From Camelus ferus (lineage: Eukaryota): a stretch of 64,000 bases of DNA. The position numbers and the translations under genes are program-made. Below the pieces are notes generated by a model that saw only the letters and a list, made by a program, of their open reading frames with translations, had not been told where the DNA came from and did no database searches. Positions within the stretch are counted from its first letter, which is position 1. Every line of letters begins with the position of its first letter. This document shows positions 39,701 through 51,938 of the stretch, piece after piece. Location: assembly GCF_009834535.1 (NCBI RefSeq), contig NC_045696.1, positions 103,852,001-103,916,000 of the forward strand. The letters run 5' to 3'.

Positions 39701-42700
39701 CCCACTCCACACCCAGCCCCTGGAGATTCTTGCTGTCTGGTTGCCCTGTGAAAAATGGCATGAACCACAAAGAAAGTCAGTGACCACAGGGCCGTTTACC
39801 TCCTAAAAGAATGCCTGCCTCAAACCGAGAGACAAGAGAGTAAGTCTTGGGATCTGCACCCCCTTATGCACAGCTACAGTCTACTGCAGAGAGAGCCTTG
39901 CTTCATGCCCTCTCAGGATCTGAAGCAATTTCCTAAATTTTAAGAGTAACAAAGGAAGTTTCTGCTAGAGGCAGCTGAAAGGTCTATTTTGTACCTTAGG
40001 ATCACGTGGGAAAGACACAAACCTTTGACCATCAGAGGCTTCCAAGGAGCTTTCAAAGATCTCAGGTTGCTTTAGAGGCAAACTACAATGTAATAACAGG
40101 GCCAAGTCAAGAGGAAGTAAAAGAACTCTGTAAGGCAGTGAGTAGCACTCTGAAAATTCATGTTTCCTGTTTGCTTCAAATCTTCTTCCACAGGGGCCTT
40201 GCTCAATGTTAACAGGGCCTGTTTGCCAGCGGCTCTAGGTCAGTTCACTGAAAGTCAGTTGTTTCCATCCTACATTTCTGCCAGTCCCACCCCTTCCCCT
40301 CCCTCTTATCAAGTTTCTTCAGTTGTTTTTAACCCCTGTCAGTCCTTCCACTGCCATTTGTGCTCAATTCCTCCAGTCCTTTCAAGACCTTCTGGTTCCT
40401 CCTAATCCCTGGCCCTTCCCCCCGTCACCCATCAATCCTGGCCCCTCAAATCACTCCCAGACCCACAGATCGCCCCCTTTACTTGCCAGAGCTTTAGCCC
40501 TGCCCACTCTTTCCTACCTCCCCATACCTCAAAGGAAACACAGGCATTTTACTGGTGATTTATACAGCCAAATTGCCTACGAAAAATTCTGTACCAACTT
40601 ACACTTACATCAACATTGAATTCTATGAAACGGCTTGATGTCAGAACAACTTCACCAAGCCTACTACTCTTTTTAACTACCTTATAGTATGTTGTAAAAA
40701 TAGACATATTCCTGCTGCTTTATCCTGTATTTTCTTGATTACTAATAATGTTAAAATCTTGTCAAATGTTTTTTGGTCAACTGTATTTCTGAATCTGTGA
40801 ACTGCCTGTTCATATTCTTTGTCCATTTTTCAGTTAGGATGTCTTATTCTTCATGAATATTTTCTCCTAGGTGTCCCTTCTCTTCTAACTGGGCTGCAAC
40901 AGACTGAATAGTCCTTAAAATGCCATCATGCAGATATAATGGAATACTGGCCAACTAGGATTTTGCAGAAATGTTCAAAGGTTGTTTAAAAAATTCCACC
41001 CAGTATGAATTGCTGTAAACTTTATAAACAGGCAAAAGCAGCAAGCAAATGTGGTGGATCGATCAGTGAACTGGGTTTCAACAAATGGGTCTGCTTCCTT
41101 TACCAGCATATCCATATCAATATAGATTTTTTAGTCACACAGCAATATATCTTACTGTGGAAAGATTTAAAATACACATATATATATAGATAATTACAGC
41201 AGATTTTTTTGTGCTTGCCCAGTGGCCACTCCCCCTTCACCCATCATAGCCAAGCCCAGATTTTGTTCAGGTATCCATTCAAACTTGTTCATGGGATTGT
41301 TTAATTCTTTAATTTGTTACTTAATTTATGAACTTCTGAGAAAGTGACATTAAGAGGTGGGGTAGGGACACCCAGGAACTATGGTTTCATGGCCCCAGGT
41401 CCTTCAGTGAGCATGCGAATTGCTGGAACCTCATGGGTGACCACATTGGGAGAGGGTCCGCTCACTCCACAGTGGTGTAGTGAGCCCGCCTTTGTATCTG
41501 TTGTGGGCTTCATTTATGAGGTGCTCATACAAGTTCTAAAAGGGGTCTACAGTGGATTCAGTGTGTGGCAATTTGCAGAACTGGTGGGCTGGCAAGCCAA
41601 GTAGACATCTACTCTTATGAGAGCTTTAGGTGAGAGAACTTGGCAGAGATGTGATGCATGACAGACACTGGCATCCTGCCTGACCCTAGGGGAGAAGGGA
41701 CTAAGAAGGAGAGAAGGTCTTTTTATGAGGGACTTTGTATAACCTGAACTGACGGCCTTGTGAAAGTGGTGAGTTTGCATACGTGGCGAGAGGTCTGGGT
41801 ACTCTCAGGTTACAAATCAAATATCACAAATATGTCATTGACACAGACTCAGAGAGCCATGAAACACACAAAATTCTTTAAATCCCAACAGTGCACACTT
41901 CGGCCCAATATACCAGACGAATATGCAGCAAAACGGACACAATGCTTATATAGAGGAAGGGGAATCTTCTCTTCTGTGTGTTCTTTCAACTTTTTTGTTA
42001 TAAAATACTTTACACACAAAATAATATGTAAGAGATAAAGAAGGTGAATAAATATCACATATCAATCATCTAGTTTAAGAAACAGAACATTACCAATCCC
42101 TTTGAAGATGGGATTGTTAATGTATGTTTCCACTTAATACCCTGAACTGAAAACTGAACACAGTACCTACACCTCACCTTATGTATCATTGGACAGAACT
42201 GCACCACATGCCCAGACCTAAACATGCCATTTCAAGGGCGACAGGACCATCATGACTGCTTGGGCAGTTCAAACTTTTTGGTCTCTGGACCCCTTTACAC
42301 TCTTACAAATGATTAAGGATGCCAAAGAGCTTTTGTTAGTATCGCTTGTATCTATCAATGCTGAACACATCAGAAGTTAAAACTGAGAAAATGTTAAGAT
42401 ACTTAATTCATTTACAAGTTACAATAATAAATCCAATACATGTCACTGCACACACACATTAAGAAAAATTATTTTCCAAACAAAAAGTAATTAGTGAGAA
42501 GAGCTGCACTGTCTTACATTTTTGCAAATCTGTCTGGCTTAATTAAAGAAGACAGCTGGATTCTCATGTCTGCTTCTGCATTCCAGTCTGTTCTAATGTT
42601 GTTTTGGGTGAAGTATATGAAGAAAATTTGGCCTCACAAAGATAAGTAGTTAGAAATGAGGAGAATGTTTTAATAGTCTTTTCAGATGATTTTGGATATT

Positions 42701-42746
42701 CTTGTTTGATACTACACCAAAACTCAACAAATGATTGCTGCTTCTT

Positions 42747-43177
42747 CGTTTTTTGACTTTTTATTTTTTACCCTCGCGCAGCAACAGGCCCAGCACGGGG
42801 TCCCAGATGGGCCACTCGCTGCTTGATTGGCCCAGCGCCGCCTGCAGCTGCAAGCCCTGTGTCCTCGCTCCAGCCCCCACAGCTGGCCCCCGGAGCTTGT
42901 GCTCTGCTGGCCTCGGAGAGGGAGGGGAAAATGATGGAGGAAAGATTGGATTTAAGCACGCAATCTGGGTCATAGCACCAAAATTAACGTTACCGGGAAA
43001 AGGGAAATAAGAATTACCTTGGTTTTTAGTCACCCGAAAAAAAAAAAGAATTTTTGATGAGAGACAAAAAGCATGATATAAGCAAGATTTTTATTAGTGA
43101 AGTAAAAAAAAATAGTGAAAGATAGTACACTTCCAAGAATTAGGAGCAGGCCAATCCAAGAGAGGAAATATGGCCAG
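42747..43177 (-). mobile_element. Retroposed ERV transcript fragment (R-U5, PBS, leader, A-rich end) with L1-type TSD
   Basis: TSD caaatgattgct(tctt) at 42728-42746 and 43178-43193. On the minus strand: AATAAA at 43095-43090, LTR-end-like GGTAAC, and PBS-like TGGTGCTATGACCCAGAT at 42980-42963. Confidence 0.65.
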
Positions 43178-43361
43178 CAAATGATTGCTTCTTAAAGGTT
43201 AGTAGCAATGTGGAATCTAAAGCAACATCAATGAACTACTCCTACTCTGTTACATTAAAAATCCATTGGGCTTTTACATGTGGAATAGACTTTTTTCTAC
43301 CCATGCTTCATGGTTTTGTAACATCACACAGTGGTCATTTGGAAAATACTGGTTCACTAAA

Positions 43362-43879
43362 TGTAGTGCTATTAAAATATGTCCATGGATTCTTTGGTAC
43401 TCCTCCCTTTAGGAGGTGGAACTTAACTTCCCTCTTCTTGAATATGGGCTGTACCTGTGACTCAGTTCTAATGAGTAGAATGGGGTAGAAAGCACAGTGT
43501 GACTTAAGAGGGTAGATCATAAAAGACATGGAGGCTTCTATGTTGCTCCCTCTCTCTTGGATCACTTACTCTGGGGGAAGCTACCTGCCATGTTGTCAGG
43601 ATGCTCAAAGTTCTGCGGAGAGGTCCACGTGGTAAGAAACCAAGTGTCCTGCCAACAGCCATGTGAGTGTGCCATCTTGGAAGCAGATAGCCTAGCTCCA
43701 GCCACACTTTCAAAACAGACATCTTGACTGCAACTGTAGGCAAAGCCCTAAATCAGAACCACCTATTTAAGTTGCTCCCAAATTCTTCACCCACAGAAAC
43801 TGTGAGATAATAAATATTTGTTGTTTTAAATTACTATGTCTTAGAGTAATTTTTAAAGCAACAACAGATGTCTAATATA
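43362..43879 (+). mobile_element. MaLR LTR (MLT1E/F-like) nested in Charlie1
   Basis: tgtagtgctattaaaatatgtcc...agaggtccacgtggtaagaaac...cacccacagaaactgtgagataataaat...ctaatata. Confidence 0.8.
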
Positions 43880-44256
43880 CCGAGTTATGCAGACCTTTCA
43901 AATATCGACATATTCCATTATTCAGTATATTTTTTAAAATCACATTTGCAGGTATTGCCGCCAAGCTCATCCAAAGAATCTTTTAAACAGAAGCTGTCAT
44001 GATATATGGTAGACATAATTCTTTAAAATTCTAGTTTTCGCTTGAAAGACCACATTTTATCACTGGCAACAAATAATGTCAGTTGGATTCTCTTGACAGG
44101 ACAAGCTAATTTTGTTCATTTTCTAGAAAGTGTTTACTCAACATCCAAGTCCAAAAAATCACTGTCATCCATTCAAGTAAAAGAGGTGTTTTTAAGAAGA
44201 GAGACTAGTGCACCTAGCAAATCAACCAAGCATAGAATTGCTTTTTCTTGAGCAGA

Positions 44257-44777
44257 TGACACCGATCACCATCTCCAGCGGAGGAGTCTTAACACATGGA
44301 GGATAGCAATTGGTATAAGAATACCTGCCACAGGACTGGCAGCCCCAGGATGTCAACCTGCTCCACGGTTCGCAGGTGCCAGGGCGCCCGGGTTGCCAGA
44401 AAAACACGACTCACAGAGGCACTGGGTGGAACAGTCCTTTACTCTTTACTTGTGAAGAGAAAGAGCAAGATCAGCTTCAGTGGTGATTGTCCCCCATGGC
44501 CAGCAGAACTGTGTGCACTCCTCTTGTGCTACAAGCAAAGGACCCCATTCCCTCCCCTCCTGGAACAGATACAGCAGTAGGGTTGGTCAGGTGTCATATG
44601 ACACACACACTGAAGCAGAACAAAGAAGTACACATCCAGTCCGGAACAGAGAAAGATATTCCAAACAAAGAGATATGCCCAGCACAGGCTGTGAGAGCTC
44701 TTTATATCTTTGTAAGGAAATTTTCCAGGCCCATGGCACATTCTTATACAACGGTATAGGGGTTCAAAGACTGCACA
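44257..44777 (-). mobile_element. ERVL-class solo LTR (MER54/MER74-like) nested in Charlie1
   Basis: A TG...CA-bounded ~520-bp block that interrupts the Charlie1 collinearity. The family assignment is tentative. Confidence 0.55.
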
Positions 44778-44949
44778 TGTAACTACTTTTTTAAACATTT
44801 TTTCCTCCAGACAAATACAGTACCTTGGTATGCAGCAGACTTGCTTGATGTATACCTCCCATTCTGTCACACGGAATATCAAAAGGACAGGTACTCAAGG
44901 CTCAAAATTGAGTAAAATGAATACTTCTATAGCTTCATTAACGACATTC

Positions 44950-45300
44950 TGTTAAAAGAAGAAACAATAGGCCCCAAATGGATTCACTTGTGCTAAGTCT
45001 CATGTCAACAAACCAAGACTTAATACCTAACCAACTGCAATTTCAGCCTCTCCTTGGAACGTGAACTCTAAGCAGTCTGAAATTTCAGGACCAGCACTGG
45101 TGAGGTAATTCGCTTGCTAGATCACTGCCTTTCACTAAAGGAAGGTGACCTTGCCTGAAACTCTTGAAAAATATGTTTATCTGCCTGCTTAGGGATACAC
45201 ATAGTTCTACCTTTTGATATACACGGTGACGGCAGGTCTCATTTCCTCTCACTCCCGTGCTCTAACCCTCCCATTTTGCTTCAGTAACTTTGAGTCTCTT
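44950..45300 (+). mobile_element. ERV1 LTR fragment (MER34/MER39-like)
   Basis: tgttaaaagaagaaacaataggccccaaatggattcacttgtgctaag...aaaccaagacttaa. Confidence 0.55.
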
Positions 45301-45849
45301 AAATGCCCTACAGTTCCTTCTTAGTCCACTCCTTCCCTTCTGGTTTCCTCTTTCCGTCCAAATGCTCCAGACCCTCTACCTCAATCCCAACCCCACCAAT
45401 TGCTCCCATTTCTAGCCAGGCCATTTGCTCTAAGCGGCCTCGAGGGGAAAGGTGAAAATAGGCAGTGGGGCCCAGACAGGTGTTGCTGGGGTCTGAGGAT
45501 GAGGCAGGGGGCTGAAGGGTCTGAGGAAGGAGGCTGTCTTTCTTGAGAATCCACGCATTTAAGGACTTGTGCTGGACGGGCCCCATATAGCCACAGAGCT
45601 GGGGCCACAGGAAAGTTACCTTCTTGGGAACAGGGACAGCAGGTCAGGAACTACAGATCTTCCTCCTCCCTGCTACTGTCCACAGCTTGGATTCCTGCAG
45701 CTACTGCTGGAAGTTGCAAAAGAGCTGTGGGATCCACACAAGGAGCCCCGTGGGTTATGCCCTTGGGGCAAAAGTCTTCACTTCTTCCCGGTGGAAGACA
45801 AGCAACGCAAGACTGGGAATAAAGAGTACCCAAGACCATCTATCTCCAG

Positions 45850-46730
45850 AGACGCCCAGAGGTAGGGAGAGAGCACGCAGCGGCAGAGGGCTACAAAGCC
45901 GCGGCAGGCAGAAAGTGCAAGGCCGCAGCGGGCCTGGACGCGCGTGCCAGAGGGAACGGAACACTGCACTGAAGGACTGTCGCCAGGTCCTTTCCTTTCT
46001 AAGTCTGTTTCTCTGACTCACGAACGACCCCTAGAGGTAGACAAAACCTCGAGCCGTTCTACCCTTTCAGAAACCGACTCCACATCCAGACTCACCCTAA
46101 CTTCCACATTCGGAAAAAGAGCGCATGTCCGGGGTGGGGGTCCCGCGGAGCTTTGTGGGAAATGGAGTCTTTGTCGGGTGGATTCTGGGAGTCGTAGTTC
46201 CTCCTGGTCCCTCAGCGCACGCGCATTTCTGTCCTTCACATCGCGTCTTCCAGCCCTCGGCGGCGCCGGAAGGAGACGTGTGAACTGGTGTGTGGGTGGC
46301 CTCTGAGCTGCGGTGGCTCAGGGTTTGTCTTGTGGGGAGGAGTCCCGAGGTGGAACGTGACAGACCGACTTGGGGCCTCTGTCAATTACAATTGTTAATT
46401 GTAATCGGGCAATTACAGCACAAGTGATAATCTCCGAGATGCGGGATGTAGGAGCAGCGTGTAAGGGCCTGGAGGACGAGGTTTCGGAGCCAAAACATTG
46501 AGGTGTGGCTTAGGACCAGGCCGTGGGGCGACGTGTTTAAAGCCCGGGGCCTCGAGAGCTCGAGTCCCCAGTGAGCAGGGCTGCCGCTATGAAAGGACTC
46601 TCGAGTCGCACAGAGGAGGTGGGCGTTATCCCCTGACAGTGTAAATCTGTTGTCGGTTTCCGGTGGGGCGCGCTGTGATACTAACTTAATTTTTCAACGT
46701 CATTGTGGCTCCAGTTCTGAGGGGTCGCGA
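45850..46730. promoter_or_regulatory. CpG island with housekeeping promoter motifs and no CDS in the window
   Basis: Dense CpGs. Two ZNF143/SBS-like motifs on the minus strand (46151-46170, 46181-46200), NRF1 GCGCACGCGCA at 46215-46225, ETS CCGGAAG at 46266-46272. Confidence 0.75.
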
Positions 46731-48281
46731 GGGGAGGGCATTGAAGACCGAATAGTAGTTCAGGGAGAGATGATGAGAGCCGATGGTGGCTGTGGACTGA
46801 GTAGATAATGGGAGCTCAAGGGAAGAGTTGAGGATCCCCATATTAGTGGTGTGGGCTGCTGGCGTGTATGTAGATATTCTCAGAGACATTCTTAATCAGT
46901 CTGCCTCAACCCTCCCGCCCTCCTCTCCCCAAAAGACTTGAGGGGTCCATCAGTGAGCATATATGTGCAAATACATTCACAAAACTATTCAGATGCACAC
47001 TGACCCAAAGGACATTCACGTACGTAGCCTGTTAACACCCATCTTTGTGAGCACACTGGTGTCTATAAATACACACAGCCACATAGGTACTCAAAATCAC
47101 ATACTCATACATACCCCCTATCCCAGACAAAGGCTCTAGTAAATGTATCTTTCATCCTAGCTCGAAGGGTCTCTGTCCAGAGCTGAGGATGCCACCATCT
47201 TGGTCAAAGTTTAGCCTACAAGCCAAAAGGACACAGGGTGATTTCCTTGAGCCTCTCTCTGGAAACTTCACACACAGCTCAGCTTTTATCCTTCCACCTT
47301 ACTACATCCAAATCCACTGTGACTCTAACTCTTTTTAGTTAAACTTTCTGCCACTCTGGCCCAATATGAGAGAGAAATGGGGCTTGAATTTACGTAAGGG
47401 CTTTGCTTATCAGAATGTGTTTGTTGAGGGTCTTCACAGAGTAGTAGTTCTGAAGATATTTGTGGGTGTTGAATTCTTTTGAGAATCTAATGAAAGCTGT
47501 GAACCCTCTTCCCAGATAACATATCTTTATATCCACACTATTTGAAGAACAAAATTGAAACCTATCTGTGGAGCCCTGATTAAGAACCTTACTAGAGGTA
47601 GATCAGAAGGTCAGTTTCCTGGTTGCCTCCTCCTGGTTGGCACCTTCAGATGGCTCCAGAGAGGAGAAGAGTAGGTCCCAAGCCCAAAGAGGAATCAGGG
47701 CATGAGGAAGGGGCAGTCTCTCCTCCCATCCGTTATCCCTTGTCAAGGAGCCAGGCTGCCAGTCTTGCCAGTTCTCTGCTGGGCAGTCAGTCATAACCAC
47801 TAAATGGTTAGTGGGAGAGTCAGCCGGGTAGGTGGTTCAAGCTTATCAGATGTTTAGTTGTTTAGGCTTAGTAGGTCAGTTAGAAACACAGTAGGTCCAT
47901 TAGAAAGACAATAAATTAATCAAATGATTTGTAATTTAGAAACTTAACCATTCAGCCAGTCAGTTACTCAGGATTAATTTTTCAGATGGGCAGTAGGATC
48001 TCAGCATCCATCAATCAGAAGGTCAATTTAATGGTCTGTCCATTAGGGAGCCAGTTATGAGAATGCTAAACAGTTCCTTGATCAGTGGGACAAAAGGGCA
48101 GTTACGGTAAGACCATCTGGATACAGTGTGTCTCTACTTGTTACATCTTGAAGACAGCGTTGGCAGTGGGAAGAGTTGGCTCCTAGGCTGACAGAGGGAG
48201 CTTCCGTTTGCGGGGAAAGAGGCCTTGTCTGGTGTGGGGAACAGGAAAAGGAAAAACTGCAGAACCAGAGCCAGGGAAGTT

Positions 48282-48296
48282 GCCACTAGAGGGCAG
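48282..48296 (+). promoter_or_regulatory. CTCF core motif GCCACTAGAGGGCAG
   Basis: Near-perfect match to the CTCF consensus. Confidence 0.7.
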
Positions 48297-51200
48297 TGTG
48301 GCGTCCCTTCACAGGCACAGGGTGCAGCTTCAGGCTAGTGGGAGCCCCTGTCTCTGGTCTCTGGCCAGCTTCTGAAGGAAGGCTCCTGAAAGGACTTCTC
48401 ATTTGGGGAGGACCTAACCAAGATGCGCTTGGCTCCAAGCTGGGAGGAAGGCAGCCAGCTGCCCCCCAGGAGAAGGACATGTCTTTCCTGGGCACTGCTG
48501 CTGGGGCACGCCTGTACGGGGCACTGGGGAGGAGGGTGAGTGGAGGAGGAAGAGCACCTCACTGGTTGGCCTCAGGAGCATGGAGGGGGGCAGCTGCCTA
48601 TATCGTAGGCACCGAGGGCAGGATCTGTCTCCTGTCGAGGTGCATGTCACTTCCCAGCCTGCTTCTCCTTCAGTGCCTCTAGGGGCCAAAGAAGGACCAG
48701 ACCAATGGCCTAAAGCCTCCAGACTCCCACTCCTTTACTGAACTCTGTGGTCAGCTGCTGCTTCTGCAACGGGCAGCAACTCTAAAGCAGGAAGATGGAG
48801 GTCAGACATAGATAATAAAGGAAACAGGAGGAAAGGACAAGCGATGAGATGTTTATGCAAGGTGTCACATACAGCATGGGCACAAAGGGAGGAGGAAGAT
48901 TAGAGTTCTTTTCTCCCACAAAGGGGGGAGTTGTATCTCCCAGTTATACCTAGAGGAGGATGCTGTGCTTCCATGTGGGTTTCCTGGCTTTAAAAAATGG
49001 GCAGGGATGTTTTCTGCTTCTAGCTCGTTTTGGTGATTCAGTGCAGTTAAGAGTAAGTGGGGGCAGTGATGAAGGCTCCCATTTAAGAGGTGCCCCCCTC
49101 CACGTGCCGAGGGCTTTCTGTACACTCTCTCCGGGGAGGGGTCATCCTAGATGATTCAGGAGGACTCTGGGGCCTAGAGAGACTAGTTGTCTTGCCTAAG
49201 GACTCATAGCTGGGAAGTGATACAGAACTGAGTTTGAACTTGGTCTGTGTGGCTCCAAAGCACTTTTCCCCCCCCTGGGAGATGGGGAAGAGGACACAGA
49301 TGGGGAGGGGGAGAAGGGTGAAGGACTGGCAGGTTGCTCTGTCATGAGGACGATTATCTGGGGACAGGGCTCTGGACAGAACTGTCCCTTCAGAGACTCT
49401 GCAAACCTGACACCCCACATGGTGGCATGAAGACCCTTTCTCTCTCTCCCAGGCGTACAAAAAATGCATCAACAACTACCATCTGCTTACAGCCCCTTCA
49501 GACTTGTACTATTGCAAGAGAGGTAAGTGGGGGCCAGACCATTAACAACCTGTTGAGTCACCTTAGGGAGCTTGGATTTCTCTAGAAGGTGGTGGAGGGC
49601 AAGGGTTTTTATTTTTAATAAGGAGTGGCATGATTCGCTTGGCACGGATGCAAAGGGACTTTCCATATATGGCAAATGACCTGTTCTGTCCGTTTCTTTC
49701 CCCCTCTCACAAATGAGAGATGATGATGATTTCTAAGCCACAGAGTTGCTGTGAGGATGAAACAAGGTTAGGCTTTTAAAACACAGCACAGCGCTGGGCA
49801 CATTAAAGCACTCAGTGAATGCTGGCTGGTCTTCACACCCCACACGTCGCCTGCTCCGCTTCCCATCCTTTCGGCCTCCTGCCTTTTCTCAGCCATTGTG
49901 AGACGGCCAGGCCCACGCAGGCTGTGATCTGACAGCATCTCCTCTCACTTCCTGCCCGAGAGCTTCTCAGATGCCAGGTGCCCAGGTGGACACGCTCAGG
50001 CATGTTCCACCCAGAAGTATGGGGGAGACAGCTGTGGACAGAGCCAAGGGATAAACGTCCCCGTGCCCCCTTTCCCCCAGGTGACCAGTGAGGAGGTGCG
50101 CTTTATAGGGCTTCTGGGAGGTCCCACGGCTGGAAGGGCTGGTTACCATGGTCAGCTCACCTGCATCTCGCTCTGGCATTCCCCTCCCCTTCTCCCTTCC
50201 CTGTCCTTCACCTCTGCAACTTGGGGCCACATTTCCTACTGAACACCTAGACTTAAGGATTTTCTTCAGACTCTGCTTTCAGAGGAACCCAGGCTAAAGC
50301 AACCCATTATAAGATGATCCTACTTTCTTGGAAATGCTGCATGAGAAGATGCTAGAAACATGAGCATCCCTAACAAAGATCATCCCCTGGGGTTGGGCAG
50401 ACTCTTGTCTAAAGCCCATTTTTGCGGTTTTGTTCACTTGTCGGAGGGCAGAGGAAGTGGTGTGCTGAGGGAGCTGAAGAACACTGGGACCTAGGGACAC
50501 GTAGTCCACACCCAGGCCGCAGTCTGCTACTCACAACTGATGCCATCCTAGGTGGACGTCTGCCTCTGAGCCTCCATTTCCTGAGCTATAAAACAGAGAT
50601 AGTAAATGCCTGCTCATACGCTGAGTCACGGAGACTCTCATTTGAGTGTGTGGCCCAGTGTCCAGCCCCTGGCATGTGATGAGTAAATGGTGAGTCTTGG
50701 TATAACGGCCCTCTGTAATCAGTGTTGGACTGTCCTAGGTCAAGTTTCTCCTGTGGCTTCACATGTGCTTCCTTAGCTTCCACAGTGAAATGGGAAGCCT
50801 TTCACAGGCAGTGATAGAAGAAATCTGTGATCAATAGATACATAATCTCTTCCAAATAAATGACTCCAGCTTTACTGCCCAAATTAGCAGAGGCCTTAGT
50901 CCTAGGATTTGCTTCTCTTCCATGGCAGGTTGGTTCCCAAGAAGCAGACTCTGAGACAAATGTGGATGCAGGAAATTTACCAAGGAGTGTTCTGGGGTCA
51001 TCACCATGAAGGAAGGGAGGGAGGCAAGGTAGGGCAGAAGTGGGCTGTGCTGCAGTCACAAGGCCTCGGCGGACCCCCTGGGGGGCACTGCACCTGGGGG
51101 GCCCTTCGGGCTTGCCCTCGGGACTTTAAACCCCTGCCCTGCCCGGTCACTGGGTGTGGCTGCCTAGAAAGGAGGCACTGCCAGCCTGCGCGCTCCCAGC

Positions 51201-51734
51201 CACTGCGGGAAGAAGCCCCGAAGTGGGGGATGTGGGTGGTGCAGTTCTCAGGGGTGGCTTTAGAGAATGTGACAGTCACTGCCAGTTCTCTAAGCAGTAC
51301 CCACTGGCCCCTTCTTCCTCATGAAGAGGGCCTGATTTGTTTGAGACAGCAACATGCCCAATAAAAATACTCACTTTCCTAGACTCCTCTGTCGTAGAGG
51401 TAGGCTGAGGAACCCCATGCCGGCCAGAAAGATATAAATAGCAGCCTGGGTTCCTGATGACGTGGTGGAGCCACTGGAGGAAATGGAACGCTTTATTTGC
51501 TTAATCACTGTAGTCAGGTTTCTGCTGCATGTAACCTAACAGTCCGGAATGGTTCAGAGACACGTTATTACATCCTGCCTAAGAACATGGGCCTTAGAGT
51601 TCATGGATGACAGCTCTGAGTCCCAGCTCTGCTGCATCCCAGCTAGCTATGGAAACCTGAGTCACTCCATCATGCATTCCTGTTTCTATGAAGCGGGAAT
51701 GACAGTACTACCTAGTGCCTGTCTCACATTACAC

Positions 51735-51848
51735 TAGGGTAACCAGCTTGTCCCAGTTTGCCTGGAACCTGACAAGTTTTAGCACTGAAAGTCCCACATC
51801 CTGGGAAACTTCTCAGGCCCAGGCAAACCGGGACAGCTGGTCACCCTA
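51735..51848. mobile_element. MER81 (hAT-Blackjack MITE), 114 bp
   Basis: Terminal inverted repeats tagggtaaccagct...agctggtcacccta, with internal ttttagcactgaaagtcc. Confidence 0.75.
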
Positions 51849-51923
51849 TTAAATCTCCCCAAAATAGCTACCTCCTTTACAAATGAAAGACTGGGCCCTA
51901 AAGGCTAACAATTATAGTTGATG

Positions 51924-51938
51924 CTGCCCTCTAGTGGC
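51924..51938 (-). promoter_or_regulatory. CTCF core motif GCCACTAGAGGGCAG
   Basis: The plus strand reads ctgccctctagtggc, a near-perfect match to the CTCF consensus. Confidence 0.7.

Larger units (their letters stand above)
42265..44950. mobile_element. Charlie1-type hAT DNA transposon broken by three nested insertions
   Basis: Starts caaactttttggtctctggacccctttacactctta. Internal Charlie1-like blocks (gatactacaccaaaactcaac, aaaggttagtagcaatgtggaatc, ggtatgcagcag) resume collinearly after each insert. Confidence 0.75.

Noticed and set aside
51735..51848. Long hairpin resembling a pre-miRNA
   Set aside because: It is explained by MER81 terminal inverted repeats, and there is no evidence of expression.
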